Source: Thermoproteota archaeon
GTDB taxonomy: Archaea; Korarchaeota; Korarchaeia; Korarchaeales; JAOZGB01
Reading direction: 5' to 3'
Assembly: GCA_037917685.1 (NCBI GenBank)
Contig: JAVCBU010000003.1
Location: 225,309 to 289,308 of the forward strand
DNA: 64,000 nt
The notes under the pieces are model-generated. The model was not told the origin of the DNA and made no database searches. It worked only from the letters and a program-made list of their open reading frames with translations. This document shows positions 8,956 through 18,660 of the stretch, piece by piece (the first letter of the stretch is position 1; each line of letters starts with the position of its first letter). The position numbers and the translations under genes were made by a program.

Positions 8956-9971
8956 TGTCAGGCCATGTAACCTTTAAGATGTTTATCGAGCAAAACCCCA
9001 CGGTTAAATACCTCTTTACGGGGGGCAAAGGAGGGGTTGGAAAGACCATAGTGGCTGCTGGTATAGCCGCCTATTTTGCCGAAACCGGGAGAAAGACTCT
9101 TATAGCATCCCTTAACCCGGTACACTCCCTTTCAAGCCTTTTTGAGCAAGACCTCTCCGGGGGAGTTATAAAGGAAGTCTCAGGCATCGACAACCTATAT
9201 GCGATTGAAGTCGACATCACAGACAGGGTTAGAAGGTATAAAGAACAGCTTACCGAGAGGCTAAGATGGTTCCTAAAGTGGGCTGACATCTCTGTAAAGG
9301 CCGACGAGTTCATAGAGATAGCTTCAACTAACCCAGCATTTGAGGAGAGCGCCATGTTCGACGAAACCATAGATATAATGCTCAGAGAGGGTAAAAACTT
9401 TGACAAGATAGTTTTCGACTGCGCGGCCGTCGCAAACGCTGTGAGGCTTCTAGGACTTAACAAGATATATGGAATGTGGCTTAAGAGGATGATTAAGAGC
9501 AGGAAAGAAGCTTTGTCCCTAAGGGTTAAACTCTCATTCAGGAAGGATAAGGTTATGGAGGAGATAAAGAAAGACCCAATGATGGCGGATCTAATAGAGA
9601 TGAACAGGAAGATAACAGAGGCGTCAGGCATCTTCGGGAATCCCAAGCAAACAGCATTCTTCTTCGTAACTCTACCATTATCTCTCCCAATCTCCGTGGT
9701 TGAGAGGTTTATAAGGATGGTTCAAGGTTTCAACATAGCAGTAGGCGGGGTTATAGTAAACGGAGTGCTTAGGAGGGAGCTTGCTGAGAAGGGAACAGAA
9801 TATCTTAAGAATAAATATGAGGAGCAGAGAAGATACATGGAGATCATAAGAGAGAAAATGTGGCCTATGGTTAGAGCTGTAATACCGCTTTATGAGACCG
9901 AAATAGTCGGTGTAAGAATGGTTAAAAGAATCGCCAGCGATCTGGCATCCTGGACTCCAGAGAAGATGTAG
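8955..9971 (+). CDS. ArsA/Get3/TRC40-family ATPase, degenerate subunit
   Basis: P-loop GKGGVGKT is intact but switch I is SLNPVHSL and switch II is DCAAVAN. GTG start overlaps the upstream TAG by 1 nt. Confidence 0.9.
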   Translation: MSGHVTFKMFIEQNPTVKYLFTGGKGGVGKTIVAAGIAAYFAETGRKTLIASLNPVHSLSSLFEQDLSGGVIKEVSGIDNLYAIEVDITDRVRRYKEQLTERLRWFLKWADISVKADEFIEIASTNPAFEESAMFDETIDIMLREGKNFDKIVFDCAAVANAVRLLGLNKIYGMWLKRMIKSRKEALSLRVKLSFRKDKVMEEIKKDPMMADLIEMNRKITEASGIFGNPKQTAFFFVTLPLSLPISVVERFIRMVQGFNIAVGGVIVNGVLRRELAEKGTEYLKNKYEEQRRYMEIIREKMWPMVRAVIPLYETEIVGVRMVKRIASDLASWTPEKM

Positions 9972-10111
9972 AGCGTAGACATGCAATATTTCACGTTCCT
10001 AAACCCTATTTCTACACACAAAGGTAACAGGTAATTTAACAATACATCTTCACCTCCTAGGAGGTGAGAATCTATTTAGGATAGAATCCACTATTTAACT
10101 TTCATGGTTAT

Positions 10112-11083
10112 ATGAACTCCGGGAAAATTCTCGTCGCCGGCGCCGGACCTGCAGGTCTTAGCTGTGCCTACAATGCCTCTATAAAAGGCTATAAAGTCCA
10201 CCTTTTAGAGAAGAGAGGCACCCTAGCCTACAAGCCTTGCGGCGGGGCCGTACCTGAAGAGGCTTTTAAATACATCCCATTCGCGGGCAAAAAGTTTATA
10301 CTGAATCGTATAGTTAGATGTAGGCTTACTATCCGCTGGAAGACTGTTAAGATTATTGAGGGTGAAACCTCCGGCTATATTATAGATAAGAGAACCCTCC
10401 TGGAAGAGCTATTATGCGCCGCGGAAGCTGAGGGGTGTAAGGTAAGCCTGAACAAGAGGGCAAAACCGTCCATGGCAGAGGACTACGACCTGGTAGTTGA
10501 CGCTACAGGGCATGAGAGGGCTCTAGCCCTACAGATGGGTGTAGACTACTCGGGTTACAAGCTTATACCAGCCTGCCAGCTATACTGTAGGGGGCAGGGT
10601 CCTGATGAAGATGAGATTTGGGTTGAAATAGTAGCCTACGGCTACCTCTGGGTGTTCCCACATGGAGGCGTATACAATGCTGGGATAGGAGGCTTCTCAA
10701 GTCCAACCATCCTAAGAAGGATACTCCTGTCGAGGCTTGAGGAGGCCGGTTTAAAACCACTGTCGAAGCCGAGATTTTCAGCCTTGTCTGTTGGAGGCGT
10801 TATAAAAACATTGAAGGCCGGAAGACTTATAATTATTGGGGAAGCCGCAGGCATGGTTATGCCATCGGTCGGTGAGGGGATAAGATATGCTCTTTACTCA
10901 GGGAAGATATGCCTCCGAGACTACCGTGAGAGATGGGAGGCGGAATACGGTTCCAGGTTTAGAAAGGCTCAAATGCTTCTAAAAATGCTACTATTAATGC
11001 CTGGGAGAATGAGGGTTAAAGCGATGAAGTACATGCCCATCCCGATACTAAAACTTTTCTACCAGGGAGCCCTCTCCAGCTAG
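10112..11083 (+). CDS. Geranylgeranyl reductase-family FAD oxidoreductase
   Basis: GAGPAG Rossmann motif, KPCGG, GYLWVFP and GEAAGMV.P..GEGI. Confidence 0.88.
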   Translation: MNSGKILVAGAGPAGLSCAYNASIKGYKVHLLEKRGTLAYKPCGGAVPEEAFKYIPFAGKKFILNRIVRCRLTIRWKTVKIIEGETSGYIIDKRTLLEELLCAAEAEGCKVSLNKRAKPSMAEDYDLVVDATGHERALALQMGVDYSGYKLIPACQLYCRGQGPDEDEIWVEIVAYGYLWVFPHGGVYNAGIGGFSSPTILRRILLSRLEEAGLKPLSKPRFSALSVGGVIKTLKAGRLIIIGEAAGMVMPSVGEGIRYALYSGKICLRDYRERWEAEYGSRFRKAQMLLKMLLLMPGRMRVKAMKYMPIPILKLFYQGALSS

Positions 11084-11174
11084 CATGTTCCAAATTTTAA
11101 ACCTGTTCCAGATAGTTTTATTTTTGGTTCATATGGTAAATTCTAATATGAAATCAGCGTACAATAATGTTAAA

Positions 11175-13337
11175 ATGAAATTTACGGTCTATGATGCCAT
11201 CGCAGCTATCATAGTCATAGCCCATCTCTCACTATTAACAATGGGAAGTGCCGGGCTCCCGACAGGTTGGGATACACCGTACCATCTTCTAATGGGGAAA
11301 ATGTACGCTGACTACGGTAGGGTTACTCTGTGGGACTACTACGAGTACGCCCCTGTTGGGAGGCCCCAGGTCTATCCGCCGCTCCTCCACGTTATAATTT
11401 GGTGGGTGCACAGCCTTACAGGGGTGGGCTACATATCGATCGGCAGGTTCTTTGCAGTAGTCCAGTTCCCCCTGGCTCTGCTTTCAATATACTATTATGT
11501 AAGAAGAATATTCGGGTGCCCCGAAGCCCTGTACAGCCTTATAACCCTCTCGTCTATTTCCATGTTTTGGATGTGGGAGGTAACCGTTGCCCCGACTGCG
11601 GTGCTTGTGATACTTTTCCCCGCATTCCTGTACTACTTTTACAAGAAAAGCCTCATACCCTCAACCCTGATACTTGTATGTGCATTTTACATGCATCTGG
11701 GGATGCCCATCGTATTTGTAGCTTCAGCCATCATGATAAGCCTGCTTGCTGCAGCTAAGAAAGTTGGATACTGGAGCTTCCTAGCAAAGTGTTTAGGGAT
11801 AGCCCTGCTTTTGTATCTACCATGGCTTATCCACGTATTAAAGAACCTTGAATACATACACGCCAGAATGATGGTCCACGGGTTCCAAGGTATAGCTTTA
11901 GGTTTCATTGCTGGAAACCTGGTATACCTGGTGTTAACGTTCGCAGGCCTTATAATTTCAATAGTAGAATATGGGAGGGGAACCCTAAAGTATCTTGTCC
12001 CGATAGCTGGCTTCATAGGGTTCCTTCCGACGTTCTCCTACGGGGCAAGATACTTCCTCCACTCACCTGTTGCAAACTCTATCCTTGCAGGAATAGCCGC
12101 TGCATGGGCTGTTAGAAAAGCTAGGCGGAGGCTTGCAGGGTGGGAGGGGAAAGCCCTAGCTGCAGCGATAATAATGGTGGTCTCCCTTCAGGCCGTGTGC
12201 GAGCCAACCCTAGGCTTAAGAAGGCCTTTCCAGAAGACGCCGAGACATCAGGGTAAGCGTTGCTCTTCACCCCTTCTGTCAGAGATTATGATGGCAAGTG
12301 GCGCTATGCCAAGCGACCCTTGGAGATTCTCATGTTCAGACCCGGATCTGCTAGCCCTCTCCGACTGGATAAGGGAGAACATCCCCGAGGATGAAATCCT
12401 CCACGTAAACATGGGGGCTGTAGCAGCTTATATCACACTAACCACAGGCAGGCTGACAGACAGCGGAATGTACGGTGAGGTTAGAACAGAGGAGATGATG
12501 GCCGCGATACATCAGGGTAGGAAGTCCGGGATATTCGTCTTCACTCCCTACGGGCCAGGAGGCAGGAGGATACCGGCAAACCTACATGGTAAGGAGCTCT
12601 TCCAGTCAGGCCCATACAAGGTTATAGAGATCTACCAGCCTGAACATGCAGACCTGACCTTGCTTAAAGGAAAGGTAAATATAAGCTGGGTATCCATAGC
12701 GGCAGGAAAGCCTGGGGATCTTGAAAACGCTAAAACACTACTTGAACAGCTGAACTATAAGTCAGTCGTAGTAGTGGTTCCCCAGGACAGGGTCAACAAG
12801 AGAAACCTACGCTTTATATCCGAAGTTTTCCAAGGGTACAATCTCGCCATGGAAATATTCGTCACAGACTGGGGCACCCTCCAAGACGTGTTAAGCCAGG
12901 TGAAGGCCAGCGGTATATCTAAAGTCATCCTATTAGTAACCCAGGACACACTCCCAGCCGGGGACCCAGCACAGGCTAGGGAAATGGTGGAAAGCGTGGG
13001 AGTTCAGATTTACTACTCAATAGCTGGACCGCCCCTTGTCGACCCAGGATGGGACAGGCCTAGACTAAGAAGCTTTCTTGAAGGGGGAAACGTTATAGTA
13101 CATATTCCAGCGCTTCCTGTCCTCGCTGATATTCTTGAGGCGGACCTGCAGGTCCTCGGCGATTGGGACTGTAACATCAAGGTTCAGGTGGACCTTGTTA
13201 AGGACAAGCCCCTAAGGGAAGATGTTCTGGCAAATACCCTAAGCCAGGCTTCCTGGTTCGACGTGGAATTAGGGGTAGGTATACCTGGAGACATGCTGTA
13301 TCAAGCCCTGGACATGATAAGCATTCTGCTAGGGTAG
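11175..13337 (+). CDS. GT-C superfamily (AglB/STT3/ArnT-like) membrane glycosyltransferase with large C-terminal extracellular domain
   Basis: GWDTPYH and GRPQVYPPLLH loop motifs, ~11 TM segments, then DWIRENIP. Start placed at ATG 11175. Confidence 0.7.
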   Translation: MKFTVYDAIAAIIVIAHLSLLTMGSAGLPTGWDTPYHLLMGKMYADYGRVTLWDYYEYAPVGRPQVYPPLLHVIIWWVHSLTGVGYISIGRFFAVVQFPLALLSIYYYVRRIFGCPEALYSLITLSSISMFWMWEVTVAPTAVLVILFPAFLYYFYKKSLIPSTLILVCAFYMHLGMPIVFVASAIMISLLAAAKKVGYWSFLAKCLGIALLLYLPWLIHVLKNLEYIHARMMVHGFQGIALGFIAGNLVYLVLTFAGLIISIVEYGRGTLKYLVPIAGFIGFLPTFSYGARYFLHSPVANSILAGIAAAWAVRKARRRLAGWEGKALAAAIIMVVSLQAVCEPTLGLRRPFQKTPRHQGKRCSSPLLSEIMMASGAMPSDPWRFSCSDPDLLALSDWIRENIPEDEILHVNMGAVAAYITLTTGRLTDSGMYGEVRTEEMMAAIHQGRKSGIFVFTPYGPGGRRIPANLHGKELFQSGPYKVIEIYQPEHADLTLLKGKVNISWVSIAAGKPGDLENAKTLLEQLNYKSVVVVVPQDRVNKRNLRFISEVFQGYNLAMEIFVTDWGTLQDVLSQVKASGISKVILLVTQDTLPAGDPAQAREMVESVGVQIYYSIAGPPLVDPGWDRPRLRSFLEGGNVIVHIPALPVLADILEADLQVLGDWDCNIKVQVDLVKDKPLREDVLANTLSQASWFDVELGVGIPGDMLYQALDMISILLG

Positions 13338-13343
13338 CCAGCG

Positions 13344-14210
13344 ATGATAACCACAATAATACTTGCAGGTGGGCTTAGCAGAAGGTTCAATCTTAGAGAC
13401 AAGCTTACATATAAGTTGGAAGGAAAAACCCTGATAGAGCACACCGTAGAAGCCGCGTCCGAGATTTCCGACGAGATAGTGGTCACCGTAGACAACAGTA
13501 GAAGACTGGAGAAGTACAAGGGAATCCTAGGCATGCATGATGTTACCTTCGCAGTAGACGACTCCTCAAAGGAGAGGACACCCATGAGGGGCATAATAGC
13601 GGGGGTTAAAGCCTCCCAAGGAGACGCCATAATAGTAATCCCGGGGGATGCTGTCCATATTAAAGGGGAAACACTGAGGCAACTTGTGGAGCCTTTAAAA
13701 CACGGCTTTAAGGCTGTATCACCGATTGCTCCCAACGGCGATGTTGAAACCCTTTTCCAAGCTGTCGATGCAGGAGAAGCCAGGGTAAACGCTGACCTGC
13801 TTGGCAGGTACGGGTGGAGAAGAGCTGACGGACTGCTCAGGCTATCGGAGAGTCAGTTATACATAGCCTTCGAGGACTACTGCCAGTTTAAAACGATTAA
13901 CAAGCCTGAAGACTTGAAAGCAGCGGATAACCCGCCCCCTCCCCTAGGCGAATCATATGTGAAAGCCGTGCAGAAGGAGAGGAGAATAAGCATCTCAGAC
14001 GTGGAACCTGATCTCTACTGGGTTGAAAAGCTCGTTGAACATGGAGAATACTTCCTAGCAGGAGTGCTCTCTATGGTGATACTTGGGGAGGCCGTAGCCC
14101 CGGGGGTTGAAGCATTTCGGAGAGAAGCTGCAAGATACTTAGACGCAGGCATAATAATGTTCGTGAGGCACGCCCTAAAAGATGCACTCTGGCTTCAAAG
14201 ACAGGTTTAA
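13344..14210 (+). CDS. MobA-like NTP transferase
   Basis: ILAGGLSRRF...DK, P..GI..G, PGD and INKPEDL motifs. Confidence 0.8.
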   Translation: MITTIILAGGLSRRFNLRDKLTYKLEGKTLIEHTVEAASEISDEIVVTVDNSRRLEKYKGILGMHDVTFAVDDSSKERTPMRGIIAGVKASQGDAIIVIPGDAVHIKGETLRQLVEPLKHGFKAVSPIAPNGDVETLFQAVDAGEARVNADLLGRYGWRRADGLLRLSESQLYIAFEDYCQFKTINKPEDLKAADNPPPPLGESYVKAVQKERRISISDVEPDLYWVEKLVEHGEYFLAGVLSMVILGEAVAPGVEAFRREAARYLDAGIIMFVRHALKDALWLQRQV

Positions 14211-14215
14211 AACTA

Positions 14216-14371
14216 TCATGCCCTCTTAATAAGTTTTTTGAAATGGTCTAGTGCCTCCTCAACGGTCAGCACGTCACCAGGCATTCCGTACTCCTGTAGC
14301 TTCTGCGCAAGCATAGTTATATGGGGAGGCTTAATATACGCCTTCCTCAATATATCTACCTGCCTGAACAC
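14216..14371 (-). pseudogene. C-terminal remnant of an ECF ATPase (EcfA)
   Basis: Hand translation VFRQVDILRKAYIKPPHITMLAQKLQEYGMPGDVLTVEEA aligns with the C-tail of 17827..18660 (VELLLKSNLTPPQITLLAQRV...IKVEE). Confidence 0.75.
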
Positions 14372-14881
14372 CTAAAGACCTATAGACCTCAGGGCAAGCC
14401 CAGCCATATAACAAAGGGAGAAGGGAACCTTGAGTGACCTTAAGCCCACTACAACATCCCTCTCCCTCGTGGTGCTAAGGAAGAAGATGATTATCAGGAT
14501 GGCGAATATAAGCCTAATATAAACCATCATTGCCCACCTAAGGTTCTCCCAGCAAATCTTTATAGGGCCAATCTCAACCAGAACCCTATACTCAGGCCTA
14601 TACCCCCCGAAAAATGTGTAGGCGATAGCAAGGACGAAGAACAGGTTGATAAACGCAAGCTTATAATTCTTAATAATCCTGAGGTCAACCTTCCCATACT
14701 TAAAAATAGCAAACATAAACAGAATCCCAACAACATTCAGCTCAGGAATCTCCACGAGCATAGGATAGGCGCTTACAACAAGCAAGAATAAAAGCCGCGT
14801 CAAGGGGTGAAGCATTAAAATAGGTGACTCCTCAGGCAAGTATCCAAGAAGGCTTCTCTTCATCTTACCCATATGAAACAC
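14372..14881 (-). pseudogene. C-terminally truncated ECF T component (EcfT/CbiQ)
   Basis: LHPLTRL...STTRERD...LALRSIG, then a stop; lacks both coupling-helix xRx motifs. Confidence 0.8.
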
Positions 14882-14905
14882 CTGCTAAAGAAAAATAGGG
14901 GGGAT

Positions 14906-15325
14906 TTAGGCCAGCCATCCCTTACAGAACGCTCTGTGTCTGACAACCAGTGGAGATAGGGCCTTCAACAGTATGATCCCAAAGATCAGGCTTGGTATGC
15001 CGTTTCCAATGGTCCAGCCAGAGAAGAACAGTGGCACGCTTTCAACTGTAATGAGCCCTATGGCCTGTAGTGCAGTCACAGCCCAGGCAGCGCCGATGAC
15101 ATTGTTAATTATCACACCAAAGAGAATATACCCTATATAGTCCTTGGCTGATGTAAGCCTTGGGTCAAGCTTCATATACTTGAATGCTAGCAGCGGGATC
15201 AAGCCCTGAAGCAGGTTTGAAGGTAGATAAGCGAAGCTTACGTAGAGCGGAGCCCCGGCCAGCGAGTTAGATATGAACGGGAACAGGAAGCCAGCAGCGA
15301 CGCTCCAGAGGCCGAACCAGATCGA
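14906..15325 (-). pseudogene. N-terminally truncated ECF S component
   Basis: Frame extends without a start to SIWFGLWSVAAGFLFPFISNSLAG (a mid-protein S-component pattern), then hits a stop inside the sfsA 3' end. Confidence 0.65.
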
Positions 15326-15344
15326 CTCCCCTAAATACCTAGAT

Positions 15345-16118
15345 TCAATCTTTGTTTAGGGGTAGAAGTGTGACGGGTATCCTCCTAACCGGCTTAATCT
15401 CTAATCCATTAAAGGTGAAAGTATATGCTATTATGCCTACCCCCTTGTCAAACGCCTCCACAAGACCCCTTGAGAATTCCGGATCTGTCGCCCAGTTAGG
15501 CATGAAAATCTTTGCATCTGGCCTCATTACTAGGAAGAGAACATAGGCCTTTAATCCATCTTCTACAGCCCTAATAAGGGTTTTCAAATGCCTTAAACCC
15601 CTGTTGGTCGGGGCGTCCGGGAATAAGGCTGTCCCCCCGACGACTAGGGTGCATCCTTTAACCTCCACTAGTGTAGGCGGGCTTCCGAGGACCTGGAGGT
15701 CAATCCTGCTATCTCCGTATTTTACCTCCGGTCTAATACCATGTTCGGCTTTTATCTCCGGAATGACTCCAGCGCTTAATAGTTCAATTGCTAGGCTCGT
15801 GTGAAGTCCAGAGTTGACAACTGTCCATATAGTACCGTCATGTACAGCTATTACCTCGCAGTCCGTCTTCCTACGTTTCCCTTCAACCTCTATGAACATG
15901 ACTTTCACATCCGGCTTTAGAAGCTCTCTAAGCCTTCCAGGATCTCTAAGATGGCACCTCCTAACACCCTTCTCAGTCTTTATCAAGACTGTGAACCTGT
16001 TAGGCCTCCCCTTGAATAGTCCTACTTTCTTTCTACCTTCAACTATCAACCCGCTACGTCTAGCTAGGAAGGGTCGTCCATTATTTAATAGTACATGTTT
16101 TAGATTCTCAATCCTCAA
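15345..16118 (-). CDS. sfsA: DNA/RNA nuclease SfsA (true start probably TTG ~16049)
   Basis: RPNRF, HLRDPGRL.EL, SRID, VEVKGCTL, FPDAPT.RG..HL and DP.F motifs. Confidence 0.93.
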   Translation of the reverse strand: MRIENLKHVLLNNGRPFLARRSGLIVEGRKKVGLFKGRPNRFTVLIKTEKGVRRCHLRDPGRLRELLKPDVKVMFIEVEGKRRKTDCEVIAVHDGTIWTVVNSGLHTSLAIELLSAGVIPEIKAEHGIRPEVKYGDSRIDLQVLGSPPTLVEVKGCTLVVGGTALFPDAPTNRGLRHLKTLIRAVEDGLKAYVLFLVMRPDAKIFMPNWATDPEFSRGLVEAFDKGVGIIAYTFTFNGLEIKPVRRIPVTLLPLNKD

Positions 16119-16276
16119 ATATGATTAGAGTAGGATAACCTACCACCTTTAAGGCAAAGAAACGTCATCATCGAAGTATAATTCCACTTTAAAGCTGCTA
16201 TGACTACGTTTCCATAGTAGAGTATGATCTCGTCCCCTGTACCTAAGCTTCCTCTTCACACATTGGAAGAATGATT

Positions 16277-16660
16277 TCACATGGAAAGAGATTCTATTTC
16301 TTCCTTCATTTTAAGGTATTGTTCCTTCGTTATCTTTCCCCTTGCATACCTTTCTTTAAGTATGTTGAGAGCTCTTTCGCTGCTTCTATATGATTCGCTT
16401 CTTCTAAGTTCGGTGAATAGATAATATCCCCCCACTAATAATAGTAGGAGAAAGACAAGCACTATTAGGTACATATAAACCCATCCGTATCCTCCTCCAC
16501 CCATCATTCCATGATCAGAATGTTCGCCGTATTCTTGATGTCCATGTCCGCGCCAGCCCCACGATGACCACATGAATTTGGGTAAAATAGTTATCAATAG
16601 TATAAAGGCCAAAATGGCCCAGATCAGATTTTTGTTCTCTCTAGACATTAAGATATACAC
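16277..16660 (-). CDS. SHOCT-domain membrane protein
   Basis: TM, His/Gly-rich GMMGGG segment, TM, then ALNILKERYARGKITKEQY. Confidence 0.85.
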   Translation of the reverse strand: MYILMSRENKNLIWAILAFILLITILPKFMWSSWGWRGHGHQEYGEHSDHGMMGGGGYGWVYMYLIVLVFLLLLLVGGYYLFTELRRSESYRSSERALNILKERYARGKITKEQYLKMKEEIESLSM

Positions 16661-16984
16661 CTTTGTAAAGTTGTAAATCTATATATTCTAGCTATCATCC
16701 TAATAGTTTTCTGCGGCTTACTGTAAGAGCTGTTTCCGGGGGTAGAGCAAGTCCTAGTGATTTTAAAATCTCGAAATCTGAAATATTAAGCCCTTTAAAT
16801 TCAGGATAGGCTGGTATTCAATGGATTGTCGCCGCCAGATTCTAGAGAACCGGAATGTTAGGAGGCATGATTTGTCAAAACCGTTGTCTAATTTGATTTC
16901 ACGTTTAATCATGGGCTCAGGTTGTAATTATATTTTAATTATTTAGAAACCTTATAAGAGGCATGGATTCCGAGGTGGGATAGA

Positions 16985-17839
16985 TTGGGAGTGGTGGAAA
17001 TTAGGGATCTATGGGTTAAGTATAGTGTTGGCGACTGGGTTCTTAAAGGAATAAACCTGGACGTTAATGAAGGCGAGTTTGTAGTTATAATGGGGCCTTC
17101 TGGATGTGGGAAATCTACACTGTGCTACACAATTAACGGAATTATACCACACCTCTTGTCCGGGAAAGTTAAGGGAAGCATAAGGGTTGGTGGCATTGAT
17201 ACTTTGAAATCTTCTGTTTCCAGGATTTCGCAGCTTGTAGGGATGGTTTTCCAGAACCCGGACAGTCAGCTTACAGCGTTGACGGTTGAGGATGAGGTTG
17301 CATTCGGCCCGGAGAACCTTGCCCTGCCGAGGGAAGAGGTGGAGAGGAGGGTTGAGGAGGCTTTGTCGCTGGTCAGGCTCGTCCACGCCAGGAAGAGGAA
17401 CCCCCAAAGCCTAAGCGGCGGAGAAAAACAAGCGCTTGTAATAGCCTCTGTTCTGGCTTTGCGTCCTAAGATACTTGTTTTGGACGAGCCTACCTCCATG
17501 CTTGACCCTATAGGCCAGAAGAGGGTTTCAGACCTGATAGTTAAGCTTAACGAGGAGGAGAACATGACTATAATCGCGGTGGATCATAGGATAGAATGGG
17601 CTTCTGAGCATGCGGATAGGATAGCGATTATGGAAGATGGCAGGATAGTGCTTGAAGGCTCGCCTAGAGAGGTCTTCTCCCATAAAGACCTGGTTAGGAG
17701 CATAGGTTTCAGGCCGCCTGAGGTTACAGAACTCTTTTATATCCTTGAGGATGAGGGCTTAAACGTTGAAGAGTACCCTGTTGTCCTAAGTGAAGGTGAA
17801 AAAGCTCTGCGAAAGGTGGTGACGGGTTGGAGGAAATAA
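16985..17839 (+). CDS. ecfA: ECF transporter ATPase (A1)
   Basis: GPSGCGKST, FQNPD, LSGGEKQ and LDEPTSMLD. Confidence 0.92.
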   Translation: MGVVEIRDLWVKYSVGDWVLKGINLDVNEGEFVVIMGPSGCGKSTLCYTINGIIPHLLSGKVKGSIRVGGIDTLKSSVSRISQLVGMVFQNPDSQLTALTVEDEVAFGPENLALPREEVERRVEEALSLVRLVHARKRNPQSLSGGEKQALVIASVLALRPKILVLDEPTSMLDPIGQKRVSDLIVKLNEEENMTIIAVDHRIEWASEHADRIAIMEDGRIVLEGSPREVFSHKDLVRSIGFRPPEVTELFYILEDEGLNVEEYPVVLSEGEKALRKVVTGWRK

Positions 17840-18660
17840 TAAGGGTTGAAGACCTTTATTACACCTATCCAGGCGGTGTTGAGGCTTTAAAAGGAATCTC
17901 CCTATCCATCTTTAAAGGAGAGTTCATAGGGCTAGTAGGTGAGAACGGGTCAGGCAAGACAACCCTTGCAAAACATTTTAACGGCCTCCTCAAGCCTACC
18001 AGGGGCAGAGTACTTGTCTTCGGAGACGACACACGCCGCGCTAGCACGGCAAGCCTCTCAAGGAAGGTTGGATATGTCTTTCAAAATCCAGACTCGATGC
18101 TCTTCGGCAGAACAGTTCTGGAAGAGGTTTCCTTTGCGTTGAAAAACATTGGTGTCCCAAGTGAGAAGTGGGAGGACATGGTCAGGGACGCTCTGAGAAA
18201 GCTTGACCTCAACATACCCCTGGATGCGAACCCTCACCTGCTAAGCATGGGGCAGAGGCATAGGATAGCGATAGCAGACGTCCTCGTCATGAACCCGGAT
18301 GTCTTGATTCTAGATGAGCCCACGACAGGCCTCGACTATAAAAGGTGCATCCAGCTAATGGAGACTGTTAAGAAGATCCACCGAGAGGGGAGAACAGTTA
18401 TTCTAATAACCCACGACATCTCCCTAGTAGCAAGATATGTTGGGAGGGTTATAGTTTTGAAGAATGGAAGCCTGCTGGCCGAAGGCGACCCTCACAAAAT
18501 ACTATCCGATGTTGAACTCCTCCTGAAAAGCAACCTGACCCCGCCTCAGATAACCCTACTGGCCCAGAGGGTTAGGGACCTAGGATTCTCCCCTGAAACC
18601 ATAAAAGTTGAGGAGATGGTTCAGCAAGTATTAGAAATCGTCGGGAAACCTACCATTTAA
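17827..18660 (+). CDS. ecfA: ECF transporter ATPase (A2)
   Basis: GENGSGKTT, FQNPD, LSMGQ, LDEPTTGLD and ITHD. Confidence 0.92.
   Translation: MEEIIRVEDLYYTYPGGVEALKGISLSIFKGEFIGLVGENGSGKTTLAKHFNGLLKPTRGRVLVFGDDTRRASTASLSRKVGYVFQNPDSMLFGRTVLEEVSFALKNIGVPSEKWEDMVRDALRKLDLNIPLDANPHLLSMGQRHRIAIADVLVMNPDVLILDEPTTGLDYKRCIQLMETVKKIHREGRTVILITHDISLVARYVGRVIVLKNGSLLAEGDPHKILSDVELLLKSNLTPPQITLLAQRVRDLGFSPETIKVEEMVQQVLEIVGKPTI

Noticed and set aside
7951-9971. Arsenic-resistance (ars) operon
   Set aside because: No arsB/acr3/arsC/arsD/arsR adjacent, no evident metalloid-binding Cys cluster, and the context is cstA.
16120-16175. Second C/D sRNA (ATGATGA on minus strand)
   Set aside because: No CTGA D box at a suitable distance.
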